DNA of 64,000 bases from Aulosira sp. ZfuVER01. GTDB lineage: Bacteria; Cyanobacteriota; Cyanobacteriia; Cyanobacteriales; Nostocaceae. Every line of letters begins with the position of its first letter. Positions within the stretch are counted from its first letter, which is position 1. Positions 1 to 10,273 of this stretch are shown in pieces. The translations under genes and the position numbers were made by a program. The notes under the pieces are model-generated. The model made no database searches, had not been told where the DNA came from, and worked only from the letters and a program-made list of their open reading frames with translations. The DNA is taken from contig JAVRCV020000065.1 of the NCBI GenBank assembly GCA_034530615.2, forward strand, positions 32,001-96,000, read 5' to 3'.

Positions 1-3000
1 TCTGTAAGCGATCGCTTTTGATAATGCCCGTTTAAAGCATCAATTGCATTATTCAGAATATTGAGAAATGCTTGATTTAATTGTGAAGCATAGCAGGCGA
101 TGGGGGGCAATTTGGCATAATTTTTAATTACAGTAATTTCTGGATAATTGAGATTTGTAATTAACCGCGACTGTAACAGCATTAACGTACTATCTATACC
201 CTCATGGATATCTACAGACTTAATATCAGCTTCATCGAGTCGAGAGAAGTTTCGTAAACTAAGCACAATATTACGAATACGGTTAGCTCCCACTTTCATA
301 GAATCTAAAATTTTATGTAAATCTTCTACCAGAAATTCTAAGTCTATATCTTCTTGCGTTTGCTGAATTAACGGTGTCGCTTGAGGATATTCTTGCTGAT
401 AAACATTAATCAGTTGTAATATAGATGCAATATAGTTATTAGTAGGTTCGATATTGGCGTAAATAAAATTAATCGGATTATTAATTTCATGAGCAACCCC
501 AGCCACTAATTGCCCCAAGCTAGACATTTTTTCAGATTGTATAAGTTTAGCTTGTGTAACTTTTAGTTCACGTAAAGTTTGTTTCAACCGAATATTTTTT
601 GCATTTAATGCTTGGGTTCTTGCAGCTACTTTATCTTCTAAATTTGCATAAAGCTGGGCATTTTCTAAAGAAATTGCTGCTTGGGAAGAGAGAAGTTTGA
701 GGATTTGTAACCTATCAGGGGCAAAAGCATTAACTATCAAATCATTTTCTAAATAAAGAATACCTATTAGCTTTCCTTGATTAACGATAGGAGTAGATAA
801 TATAGATTTTGGTTGATATTTAATGATATATGGATCGGCAGAAAAATTCGTGTTTTTTATAGCGTCATGAATTAATAAATATTCTTTAGTATGAGCTACA
901 TAATTAATTAAACTAACTGGTACTTCCTGAGTTTGGGTAATAGGAATAGATAGTAGTTCACATGACTGATGATTTTGGTATTGCGCTACAAGGTTAAAAT
1001 TCCCATTTTCTTGGAGAATCAACGCAGCTTTGTTACCTCCGACATTTTCTAACATTACCTGCATCAGAATTTGGATTAACTTATCTATCTGAATTTCTGA
1101 GCCAATAGCTAGGGATGCTTTAGTAACAGTTTCCAAATCCAATATTGCTGTCACACCAGTACTAGTGGAGTCAACAATTGCATTAGTAATTAAAGCATTG
1201 CTATCGCTACTATTAACACTAACTTGTTTCTGATTGAGAATTGGTAAAAGTAACTGGTGATAGGATTTTGCTAAATCCTCAACTTTGACATTAGCGCCCC
1301 AACGGCTGTAACAGTAGTAAGCATCAATTAGATAGGTTTGGGCAATTTTTTCTTTACCAGCAGCCAAGTAAAATTTAGCAGCAAGTTCATTAGCTATTGC
1401 TTCTTCATGAATAAATTCATTTACCTTAGCGCCTTGAATGGCTCGATCATAAAGTTCCATAGCTTGCCAATTATGGTCTAAAATTCTTGCCTTCTCTGCT
1501 TCTACTAAATCGTACTTGTGTTGATAGTTCATTGGTGCATGAAATGCCCAATGATGCATTTGTTTCTGATTCACTAAAACTTGTTGCAGATATTGCTCTT
1601 GCTCAATACTAGGCTGGTTATTATATTCAGCTAGTAGCGCTAGAGAATAATAAAAATTGTGTTGGCTAACAGAAACTTGTCCAGCAACAGAATTTACATA
1701 TTGTTTGCCTAAACGTGCACTTTCAACTGCACTAATTGATTGGTTAAATAAATAAAATAATATGGTTTTTGCTAAAAATACACAAAAAAGTGAATTATAA
1801 TTATTTGTTTCTATAAATAACTGTAATAGTTCCGATTCATTAAAGAAAACACCATTTAATTCATGTTTATTGGCTGTTGGTTCTAGCAGATTAGATATAA
1901 ATTGCAACCAAATTTTTTGCAAATCGACAGTCCACTGCTGTTTAAGCTTGTGCATCAAGATCCTAGATGCTGCTAATTGCTGAGATACAGATGCCAAATT
2001 TTCTCCAGCAAACAACATGTGTAAGTAATGATTTGAAGAACAATAACCTACATATTCTATATCTCCATTTTCCAATCCAGATTGCACACCTTCTACTAAG
2101 GGGTCTATAGTTGTTCGTAGATGCTGTTTCCAAAATTTAATATTTGCATTCCATACCAGGAATAATCTACATTTAAGTTCTTTAGCATTCAACTTATCCA
2201 ATAAACTCAAAGCTACTTCGCCATAGCGATATCCAGCATCAATTTCTGATAACATACCGCATAGTAGCAAGCCATACAAAACATATCCATAAGTAGAAGC
2301 TGATGAGTTTCCATGCCTTATAGACAGATGTATCATTGTAAATACAATTGATGGCAGTAATGCGGGATTCGCAAAATAAGCCGCAGAAATCATGCTAATT
2401 AATATACGCATAGCAGCAAGTTGATCGGGAGCAGTCATTTTTGGTAAGTTGATTAAATCTTCAACATCCAAATTTTGCGGAGGTGCTGACTCCAGATTTA
2501 CTTCCAGCATATCTAATAGTTTTAGACCTGTATCAATAGCTAATTGCATTTGTATTTGAGCCATATACATCTGCATTTGAGCTTCATAAGCTTTTACTTG
2601 ATCGAGTAGCCTATTTGCATTTTGCTTGACTATTTCTGCGTAGATTGCTGCTTGTTCAAAGTTGATATTTAAGTATTCTGCTTCCATTACTTCTATATAT
2701 AGATCCAATGTCAGCTGATACTGATGTTGCCAACTATCTGTTTCCAACAATCGCAAACCCATCTGCAAATATCTAATAGCAGCTTCATAAGCAGTCGCTA
2801 ATTTAGCTTTATTACCTGCAATCAGGTTGAGTTGAGCTAATTCGGCTTTTTCTAATTTACTAGTAATTAAGTCAACGCCAATATTGAGTTGATTAACTAT
2901 TTCAAATATATTGTCTTCCAGCTTTTCTAAACTCGTATTTTTTAAAAGAGTCCGCCCAATTTTAAGGTGTATTGCTTTGTTATCTGATTCTGAGATTAGA

Positions 3001-5135
3001 GAGTACGCTGCTTGTTGTACGCGATCGTGGAGGAACTTATAGTTAATGCTGACTTTTTGGTCTAAATCATGAACTTCTATTTCTGAGCGAAAACTGGCTT
3101 CAGATTGCTCATCTGTATACAATTTATAAATTTCATCTGTGGGTAAAATTAACCCTTCCTGCAAAACTTGCCATAAATTAGCTCCTATTTCATAATGAGA
3201 TTGTTCGGAAATTAGGGATAAGAGATTTAAATCAAATTTATTTCCAATACAAGCAGCTATTTTTAATGTTTCTAAAGTTAATCTAGGCAACTTTTCTAAG
3301 AGACTAACTAAAAGCTGAACAACATCATCACTTTGGTATAAGATTTCTGCTTCTTTAAGATTATATTGCCAATATCCTGCTTGAAAATCAAAATTAATTA
3401 TTTCATTATTATGCAATGATTTTAATAATTGATTGCTAAAAAAAGGATTGCCTTGGGTTTTGTTAAAGACAAACCTTGTTAAAGGAGCCACTATTGAATC
3501 TGGACATCCTAAAGTATCTCCTATCAAATGACTGATATGAATTTGATCTAAAGGTTTTAAAATAATTTGATTGACTATAGCTTGAGTTTTATAAATCACA
3601 TCTAAGGTCATAAGTAAGGGATGCCCAGAAGTAACTTCATTATCTCTATAAGCACCAATGAGTAACAGATATATAGAATCTGTCTCACTCATTAATAATT
3701 GAATTAATTTTAATGATGCAGAGTCTGCCCATTGCAAATCATCTAAAAAAATGACTAGGGGATGTTCTTTAGTTGCTACTACTTGAATGAATTTACTAAA
3801 TAGCAAATTAAAGCGATTTTGCCCAGCAGTTCCTGTGAGTTCAGGAATTGCTGGTTGTTGACCAACTATCAATTCCAATTCAGGAATTACATCAATTACG
3901 ATCCCTGCTTGTTCTCCTAATGCTGATAAAATATGCTTTTTCCACTCTTGCAATTGATCTGTGCTTGCAGTAAGTAATTGCCCTATAAAACTACGAAAAG
4001 CTTGTACGAATGCAGAAAAAGGAAGATTGCGCTGAAATTGGTCGAATTTACCAGCAATAAAATAACCGTTTTGTCTAATAATTGGTTTATGAACTTCATT
4101 AACAATAGAGGTTTTACCAATACCAGAGAACCCAGCGATTAACATCAATTCTACATTCCCTAAACTAACTCGTTCAAAGGCATTTAATAAAGTGCTAACC
4201 TCGGTTTCTCTGCCATAAAGTTTTTCGGGGATGAGGAAGCGATCGCTTATATCTTTTGCTCCCAATTTCAAGTCTGTAATTTCACCCTGACTTAACAACA
4301 TTTGCTGACAGATTTCTAAATCATGTTGGAGTCCTCTAGCTGTTTGATAACGCTCCTCAGGAGACTTTGCCATTAACTTCAGAATTATGTTGACAATAGT
4401 CTGAGGAATATTGATATTAAGTATTATTGGATTAATAGGTTCCTGTGCAAGATGGCAATGTACTAACTCAACAGGACTCGTGCTATTAAAAGGTAACTGT
4501 CCTGTCAGTAATTCATAAAAAGTCACGCCAAGAGAATAAAAGTCTGTACGGTAGTCTATACCGCGATTCATTCTGCCAGTTTGCTCTGGAGATATATAAG
4601 CCAGAGTTCCTTCTAAAACATTTGGGCTTTTAATCTCAGTATTTTCCTTAGGTAAGATAGAAGAAATACTAAAATCTATCAATTTAACTTGCTTAGTTTC
4701 TGGATTAATTAAAATATTTTTTGGTTTAATATCTTTATGAATAATTTTATTTTTATAGAGGCACTCTAAGGCAGACGCAATTGCAATAGCAATTGGGAGA
4801 AACTCATTTATATATAGAGGTTGAGAGTTCACATATTGACTGAGAGCAATACCACCAAAATCTTCTAATATCAAGGCATAACTATTGCCGTAGGTTTCTA
4901 GCCCATAGCATTTAATAATATTTGGATGGTCGATATAGCTGGATATAGTATACTGATTTTTTAATAAAATTAAGTCTTTGAGTTGCGGATAAGTTGTATT
5001 CAAAACTTTAATAGCAACTGGTTTTTGCGACTGTATTTGGTTAGCACGATAGACGATACTTCTAGCACTAATATGCAGTGTATTGCTAATTTTATAACCA
5101 GCAAGCGTGTTAATTTGTCCAGGTGTCTCAATCAT
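1..5135 (-). CDS. Ser/Thr kinase + AAA ATPase + GAF + histidine kinase hybrid (HstK-type), 3' end beyond window start
   Basis: Spot-translated by hand from ATG at 5135 (MIETPGQINTLAGYKIS...). Motifs: IIHKDIKPKNIL, KLIDFSISS, EGTLAYISPEQTGRMNRGIDYRTDFYSLG, Walker A AGFSGIGKT, VIFLDDLQWAD, GAF GILYLEND, H-box GQLVAGVAHEINNP, N-box ILNNAIDAL. Same frame at base 3. Absent from the ORF track, consistent with no stop inside the window. Confidence 0.92.
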   Translation of the reverse strand, partial: MIETPGQINTLAGYKISNTLHISARSIVYRANQIQSQKPVAIKVLNTTYPQLKDLILLKNQYTISSYIDHPNIIKCYGLETYGNSYALILEDFGGIALSQYVNSQPLYINEFLPIAIAIASALECLYKNKIIHKDIKPKNILINPETKQVKLIDFSISSILPKENTEIKSPNVLEGTLAYISPEQTGRMNRGIDYRTDFYSLGVTFYELLTGQLPFNSTSPVELVHCHLAQEPINPIILNINIPQTIVNIILKLMAKSPEERYQTARGLQHDLEICQQMLLSQGEITDLKLGAKDISDRFLIPEKLYGRETEVSTLLNAFERVSLGNVELMLIAGFSGIGKTSIVNEVHKPIIRQNGYFIAGKFDQFQRNLPFSAFVQAFRSFIGQLLTASTDQLQEWKKHILSALGEQAGIVIDVIPELELIVGQQPAIPELTGTAGQNRFNLLFSKFIQVVATKEHPLVIFLDDLQWADSASLKLIQLLMSETDSIYLLLIGAYRDNEVTSGHPLLMTLDVIYKTQAIVNQIILKPLDQIHISHLIGDTLGCPDSIVAPLTRFVFNKTQGNPFFSNQLLKSLHNNEIINFDFQAGYWQYNLKEAEILYQSDDVVQLLVSLLEKLPRLTLETLKIAACIGNKFDLNLLSLISEQSHYEIGANLWQVLQEGLILPTDEIYKLYTDEQSEASFRSEIEVHDLDQKVSINYKFLHDRVQQAAYSLISESDNKAIHLKIGRTLLKNTSLEKLEDNIFEIVNQLNIGVDLITSKLEKAELAQLNLIAGNKAKLATAYEAAIRYLQMGLRLLETDSWQHQYQLTLDLYIEVMEAEYLNINFEQAAIYAEIVKQNANRLLDQVKAYEAQMQMYMAQIQMQLAIDTGLKLLDMLEVNLESAPPQNLDVEDLINLPKMTAPDQLAAMRILISMISAAYFANPALLPSIVFTMIHLSIRHGNSSASTYGYVLYGLLLCGMLSEIDAGYRYGEVALSLLDKLNAKELKCRLFLVWNANIKFWKQHLRTTIDPLVEGVQSGLENGDIEYVGYCSSNHYLHMLFAGENLASVSQQLAASRILMHKLKQQWTVDLQKIWLQFISNLLEPTANKHELNGVFFNESELLQLFIETNNYNSLFCVFLAKTILFYLFNQSISAVESARLGKQYVNSVAGQVSVSQHNFYYSLALLAEYNNQPSIEQEQYLQQVLVNQKQMHHWAFHAPMNYQHKYDLVEAEKARILDHNWQAMELYDRAIQGAKVNEFIHEEAIANELAAKFYLAAGKEKIAQTYLIDAYYCYSRWGANVKVEDLAKSYHQLLLPILNQKQVSVNSSDSNALITNAIVDSTSTGVTAILDLETVTKASLAIGSEIQIDKLIQILMQVMLENVGGNKAALILQENGNFNLVAQYQNHQSCELLSIPITQTQEVPVSLINYVAHTKEYLLIHDAIKNTNFSADPYIIKYQPKSILSTPIVNQGKLIGILYLENDLIVNAFAPDRLQILKLLSSQAAISLENAQLYANLEDKVAARTQALNAKNIRLKQTLRELKVTQAKLIQSEKMSSLGQLVAGVAHEINNPINFIYANIEPTNNYIASILQLINVYQQEYPQATPLIQQTQEDIDLEFLVEDLHKILDSMKVGANRIRNIVLSLRNFSRLDEADIKSVDIHEGIDSTLMLLQSRLITNLNYPEITVIKNYAKLPPIACYASQLNQAFLNILNNAIDALNGHYQKRSLT

Positions 5136-5480
5136 AAGACTACTTAACTAAGTTTCTGAGGAGCTACTGAGTATAGTGTTCCCTAGAAAATTCTCAGTTA
5201 AACATTTATAAAGGCAATTAGCAGAATTCTCCTATAAATTATCCTCAACAAACTGCCTGGAAAAAGTTGCTCGATTCTATAGTGATTGTATATTTGAGAT
5301 ATAGAAAGTTTTGATGTATCAAAAAAATGTGATTAATATCACTTTTTCATAAAACAAAAATTGATTTATATAGAAGATTTAATGATGAGTAGAAAATAAA
5401 CTGGGAGATATAGCACTTATAGCTTGTATATAATCTGTGCCAATCTCCCATAACTTTTATTAAGTTTAATAGATGAGTAT

Positions 5481-5834
5481 CTAACCAAATGTTGTACCGT
5501 TCCAACCCCACATCGCGCCTTTAGCATCTGCAAACTCTATATAAATGCGATTTTTAGGTACACCTAGCGATTGGTTAATTTGTTGACAAAAATCTTGACT
5601 CATACTGCTGGTTTGGTCAGGTTTCATTGTGCCAATGCTTTTAATTTCAATGTAACAAACCGGGTCTGTAGTACCAGCAAAAGTCATTGGAACTTCTGGC
5701 TCAAAAGCTGTCATTACATAGGATTCTGGTTTACTTAAATGCTTCGCTAACTTAGCTGATAGGCTTTTCAGCATTGCCTCAACTTCAGCTTTTTCTGGGG
5801 CAGATACAGAAGTTTGTACTTTAATTAATGGCAT
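5481..5834 (-). CDS. MIF/phenylpyruvate tautomerase family protein
   Basis: Start trimmed to MPLIKVQT, giving the catalytic N-terminal Pro. KPESYVM, FAGTTDP, RIYIEF and WGWNGTTF motifs present. Confidence 0.9.
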   Translation of the reverse strand: MPLIKVQTSVSAPEKAEVEAMLKSLSAKLAKHLSKPESYVMTAFEPEVPMTFAGTTDPVCYIEIKSIGTMKPDQTSSMSQDFCQQINQSLGVPKNRIYIEFADAKGAMWGWNGTTFG

Positions 5835-5919
5835 AGTAAATAATTCAAAATTCAAAATTGTCAACTTGGATGATGGCAATTATCTTAATTAGTTTATCGA
5901 ACCACAGAGCCACAGAGGA

Positions 5920-5964
5920 GGGCAGTTGCGTGGGCGGGTTTCCCGACTTGAGCAAACTGCCCGT
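5920..5964. repeat. Small dispersed palindromic repeat (SDR-like)
   Basis: GGGCAGTTGC-GTGGGCGGGTTTCCCGACTTGA-GCAAACTGCCC hairpin, related to the element at 41920-41961. Confidence 0.7.
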
Positions 5965-6022
5965 AACACAAAGATGAGAGGAAGGTGGAGGGTACAGAAG
6001 GAATAAGCAGAACAACGAATGA

Positions 6023-6829
6023 CTAATGGCTAGAGCGAAATAGATGATGATGTTCGGGATGATATAGGCGCGATCGCGCTGTTGTTGGCGAGAGTGCTGG
6101 GCTGATAATGTAAAGTGTGGTGCGTATTAGCTGTTCTTGATGGGTACAAGCTGCCATCTCTTCCAGGGGAACAACCCGAATCTTTTCATCAGGCCAGCCT
6201 ACACGAAAACAAATCGCTACTGGGGTTGCGGCTGGATAATGTTCTAGCAGCTTGGCTTGGGCTTCTTCAACATGACGCGCACTCAAATATAAGCAAAGAC
6301 TAGCCTGATGGGCGGCGAGAGTTGCTAGTTCTTCTCTAGCGGGAACTGATGTACGTCCGCTAATGCGCGTCAAAATGATAGTTTGCACTAAATTAGGGAC
6401 AGTTAATTCGACTTGAAGTTTAGCGGCGGCGGCTTGAAAGGCGCTAATCCCTGGAATGACTTCAAAGGGAATTTCTGCTTCTTTTAAAAGCTGCATTTGT
6501 TCGTGGATAGCGCTGTAGAGGCTAGGATCGCCTGAATGTAGACGGACGACAGATTTATGCGATCGCACTCGTTCTGTCATCAGCGGTACAATCTCTTCTA
6601 AAGTCTTATTCGCAGTCCGAATAATTTCTGCATCTGGACGACAAAGATCTAAAATCTGTTCTGGTATTAAGGAATCAGCAAATAAAATTACATCCCCAAC
6701 AGCTAGTAGTTTTTGTGCTTTGACCGTTAATAAATCTGGATCTCCGGGGCCTGCCCCTACAATGTAAACCTTTGGTTCTAGTGGATGTAAGGTTTTTGAG
6801 GAACATATTTTATCAGTAAATTCACTCAT
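6023..6829 (-). CDS. cobM: precorrin-4 C11-methyltransferase
   Basis: VYIVGAGPGDPDLLTVKA, RLHSGDPSLYSAIHEQ, ELTVPNLVQTIILTR motifs. Confidence 0.93.
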   Translation of the reverse strand: MSEFTDKICSSKTLHPLEPKVYIVGAGPGDPDLLTVKAQKLLAVGDVILFADSLIPEQILDLCRPDAEIIRTANKTLEEIVPLMTERVRSHKSVVRLHSGDPSLYSAIHEQMQLLKEAEIPFEVIPGISAFQAAAAKLQVELTVPNLVQTIILTRISGRTSVPAREELATLAAHQASLCLYLSARHVEEAQAKLLEHYPAATPVAICFRVGWPDEKIRVVPLEEMAACTHQEQLIRTTLYIISPALSPTTARSRLYHPEHHHLFRSSH

Positions 6830-6996
6830 AGAGATCGTCTAAGTCAATTCTTCAAAAAAAATTTTTGATAAATTTTCAGTGTCTTTCCGGATAGACTCTA
6901 TTTCCCTAGTAGAGAGTAATGGTAGATGCACCCTGGTTAAGCCCTGGAGAACACTCTGGGGCATTTTTTATTTTTGGGGTATTTGGTCATTTGTCC

Positions 6997-7056
6997 GTAG
7001 GGGCGGGTTTTGTGAAATATTCAGTAATGAAAGATGTGAGTTAAACCCGCCCCTAC
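6997..7056. repeat. GTAG-type REP-like inverted repeat
   Basis: 14-bp perfect arms GTAGGGGCGGGTTT / AAACCCGCCCCTAC immediately downstream of lgt. Confidence 0.75.
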
Positions 7057-7061
7057 AAGAG

Positions 7062-7970
7062 TCAAGATTTTTTCCCTGTCTTCCCTGTCTCCCTCATCCC
7101 CTCTATCGCTCCATTACTCCTAGAGGTGGAAACGACATCTGGCAAAGGACGTTGAGCTAAGTAAAGCCAAGCTAACCCAGCTAATCCCAAAAGAATTCCG
7201 ATTAAACTCACGACTTGAGCCATCCTCAACGGCCCTAGCATGAGGCTATCAGTACGAAAACCTTCAATCCACACACGTCCAAGGCTGTAAGCTGCCAAAT
7301 AAGTGAGAAATAGCGTACCTATCTTTAAGCGTGGTTTTCCTTGTAAACTCCGAACAAACAGCGTTATCAGCAAAGCAAACACCATTAAATCCCACAAAGA
7401 TTCGTAGAGGAAAGTGGGATGGAAGTACTCAAAATTAGCTAACTCTGGGGGACGACGATCCGCCGGGATATACAACTTCCACGGTAAATTGGTAGGGTCG
7501 CCAAAAGCTTCCGAGTTGAAAAAATTTCCCCAACGTCCGATCGCTTGCCCTAAAATCAGCGAAGGCGCTACTAAATCTGCTAGTTGCCAAAAAGAAATTT
7601 GCTTGAGTTTGGCAAATATTAACGCCGCCACAAGGCCACCTAGAATTGCTCCGTGAATTGCAATCCCCCCTTGCCAAATAGCGATAATTCGCTCTGGGTG
7701 CTGGGCATATTCTGGCCATTGAAACAAAACGTAATATAGCCTGGCTGCCGGAATTGCCCCAATCACCAGCCAAATTGACAAATCGCTAAGTAAGTCCGGG
7801 TTAACGTTACGACGCTTTGCCAAGTACTGGGAAAGGCTGACACCAATTAACACTGCTGAGGCGATTAATAAGCCATACCAGCGAATAGTTATTGGCCCTA
7901 TTCTCCAGAGAATCGGACCTGGAGAAGTAAATTGAAATGCCAAAGGCAAAGTGGAAAGATCCAGTGCCAT
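7062..7970 (-). CDS. lgt: prolipoprotein diacylglyceryl transferase
   Basis: [26 protein letters not shown] and HPTFLYES motifs; multi-TM. Confidence 0.96.
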   Translation of the reverse strand: MALDLSTLPLAFQFTSPGPILWRIGPITIRWYGLLIASAVLIGVSLSQYLAKRRNVNPDLLSDLSIWLVIGAIPAARLYYVLFQWPEYAQHPERIIAIWQGGIAIHGAILGGLVAALIFAKLKQISFWQLADLVAPSLILGQAIGRWGNFFNSEAFGDPTNLPWKLYIPADRRPPELANFEYFHPTFLYESLWDLMVFALLITLFVRSLQGKPRLKIGTLFLTYLAAYSLGRVWIEGFRTDSLMLGPLRMAQVVSLIGILLGLAGLAWLYLAQRPLPDVVSTSRSNGAIEGMRETGKTGKKS

Positions 7971-8284
7971 GCAAAAATACCTAGATAACTAAATTATTAA
8001 TCAGCGTTAGCAGCTTCCCATCATAGGACAAGAAGCAAGGAGCTTTGAGTATATAAACAATTAGAGCAGGTTTTGCTTTGAGGTAAAAACTTGTCAAATT
8101 TGTAGTAAGCACTTAAGCGCTGAAAAATCTCCTGACTACAGTCACGACTATAAATATACGGAGTTGAGAACGATTACTTAGTATCGTTAATTTCTTTAAC
8201 AAAAATAGTATTTGCCTAAGATTTGATGGCTTTATCAGCAGGTTTAGATATAATCACCTACATAACTTTGATGTATCGAAGATT

Positions 8285-8836
8285 GTGATTGCTATTTACC
8301 CTGGTAGCTTTGACCCCATTACTTTGGGACATCTGGACATCATTCAGCGCGCTAGTCGGCTGTTTGAGCAGGTGATTGTGGCTGTATTGCGGAACCCTAA
8401 CAAAACTCCACTTTTTAGCGTGCAGCAACGGCTAGAGCAAATTCGTGTATCTACACGACATCTGACAAATGTCGAAGCAGATAGCTTTGATGGTTTGACA
8501 GTCAACTACGCCCAAATGCGGCAAGCACAAGTGTTATTGCGGGGTTTGCGAGCAGTTTCAGACTTTGAAATCGAGCTTCAGATGGCTCATACTAATAAAA
8601 CTCTTTCCACTCAGATAGAGACGGTTTTTCTAGCCACCTCCAATGAGTATAGTTTTTTAAGTAGTAGTGTGGTAAAAGAGATTGCAAGGTTTGGTGGCTC
8701 TATCGATCATCTCGTTCCTGCGCACGTTGCCCTAGAAATATACCAATGCTACAACCACAACTCTCCAATGTTGAACCCAATCACAACGGAAACAATCACC
8801 CCCCTCAAGAGTATCCCGAAGGATCGGGAAGCGTAG
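8285..8836 (+). CDS. coaD: pantetheine-phosphate adenylyltransferase
   Basis: [32 protein letters not shown] motifs; GTG start. Confidence 0.96.
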   Translation: MIAIYPGSFDPITLGHLDIIQRASRLFEQVIVAVLRNPNKTPLFSVQQRLEQIRVSTRHLTNVEADSFDGLTVNYAQMRQAQVLLRGLRAVSDFEIELQMAHTNKTLSTQIETVFLATSNEYSFLSSSVVKEIARFGGSIDHLVPAHVALEIYQCYNHNSPMLNPITTETITPLKSIPKDREA

Positions 8837-9414
8837 ACATTCAGGAGGAATTCAATCGCCTAGAGGAAATTATTCTGAATGGGCTGAAAATTCCGCTGAC
8901 TGGACGCACGCTAGTTGATGATGAAAAGCTGCTAGAACAGCTTGATTTTATCAGGGTTTCTTTACCGTCAGTTTTTGAAGAAGCAGCATCGATCCTCGAT
9001 CAAAAAGAGGAAATTCTGCTGGAAGCCGAAGAGTATGGCCAGCAAGTTGTTGAAGCGGCTCAAGCTAAACGTGCCCAAATCCTAGCTGAAAGCGATGTTA
9101 TTAAACAGGCAGAACGCGAAGCTGAACAGCTAAGACGACAAGTACAACAAGAATGCGATGCCATGATGCAAGAAACTCTTGCAGAAATTGAGCAAAAGCG
9201 CCGTGCTTGTATGCAAGAGTTAGAAGAAATGCGACAAACTGCGATCGCTCAAGCTCAAGAAATTGAAAATGGTGCCGATCAATATGCTGATAATGTCCTA
9301 GAAGGTATTGAGCAGGATCTTAAAGATATGTTGCGAATTATCACCAACGGAAGACAAGAACTCCGAGCAGATATGCCCCCGCAACGCAATTCTTCATCAT
9401 CCAAGAAAAGATAA
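8746..9414 (+). CDS. DivIVA-like coiled-coil cell division protein (Cdv3-like)
   Basis: Long coiled coil with [19 protein letters not shown]. Lies directly after and overlapping coaD, the usual cyanobacterial position. Confidence 0.75.
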   Translation: MLQPQLSNVEPNHNGNNHPPQEYPEGSGSVDIQEEFNRLEEIILNGLKIPLTGRTLVDDEKLLEQLDFIRVSLPSVFEEAASILDQKEEILLEAEEYGQQVVEAAQAKRAQILAESDVIKQAEREAEQLRRQVQQECDAMMQETLAEIEQKRRACMQELEEMRQTAIAQAQEIENGADQYADNVLEGIEQDLKDMLRIITNGRQELRADMPPQRNSSSSKKR

Positions 9415-9655
9415 ACATGATTCTAAATTTACCTATTTAGACGTATGAAGAAATAGAAAGGAGATTTGATAAAAAATTCAACATTAGATAATGTCAACAC
9501 AGAAAAAAACTTTGGCTACTGATTAGCCACAAATAAACTGTGTGATAGCTTACTATGTTCCTAAATTTTAAAAAATACTTTCTTTAAAAAAACAAATTTA
9601 AAGCCTATTTTGGAAATAAAGCAGAGGTAATTGCAATTCAAGTTTAACATTTCAA

Positions 9656-9688
9656 AGATTCCCGGCTTCTTGAAGAAGTCGGGAATCT
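9656..9688. repeat. Palindromic intergenic repeat
   Basis: AGATTCCCGGCTTCTTGAAGAAGTCGGGAATCT near-perfect hairpin. Confidence 0.6.
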
Positions 9689-9766
9689 AACAACGTAACT
9701 AAACCCATATAATAAAACCAAACCTAGCAATATATAAATTGATTAAATGCTGAGGAATAATATAAT

Positions 9767-10108
9767 ATGTCCATCTTAAATGTATTATTTTTGCTGCAAG
9801 TTAATTTTGGTTTTAATACAGCCAGCTTGCTAGGAATACTATATATAATTTTCGGTATATCTTACATGATTTTTATGGTATTTTTGCTATTTAGACGTGC
9901 TAGTAGGCTTAATAGCATAGCTTTTGTTATTTATCTTGTTCAAGCACTCTTAATACCAAGTGTCATGTTGCTTTGTGGGTTTATTTTTGTTTTTCAGGGC
10001 TGGCGATTAGATCCAATCCTACAATTTGCTCAATTTTTATTAACTATATTAATTATTTACTTCAGTGCTAAAGATATTCTCATCAATGAAGTTTACAGAA
10101 ATAGGTAA
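9767..10108 (+). CDS. Ycf66 N-terminal-like small membrane protein
   Basis: QVNFGFNTASLLGI and FQGWRLDPILQFAQFLL motifs; three hydrophobic segments. Confidence 0.75.
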   Translation: MSILNVLFLLQVNFGFNTASLLGILYIIFGISYMIFMVFLLFRRASRLNSIAFVIYLVQALLIPSVMLLCGFIFVFQGWRLDPILQFAQFLLTILIIYFSAKDILINEVYRNR

Positions 10109-10144
10109 CATAGCCAAGTTTTGATTGTAATCTCTAATAGACAA

Positions 10145-10271
10145 AATTACAGAGTTTGCGTCAACCGAATTTTGGGAGCAATCAGGCTAAAACTTATATG
10201 CAGCAGTAAATCCAGCTACAATTTTACACTTTCCCTTTTGAACACATACCGACTGACGCAATTCTGTAGTT
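10145..10271. mobile_element. MITE-like element with imperfect terminal inverted repeats
   Basis: AATTACAGAGTTTGCGTCA at the left end and TGACGCAATTCTGTAGTT at the right end; ~127 bp, non-coding, between convergent genes. Confidence 0.5.
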
Positions 10272-10273
10272 AA

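Noticed and set aside
148..366. 72-aa plus-strand ORF
   Set aside because: Antisense shadow of the large minus-strand kinase gene.
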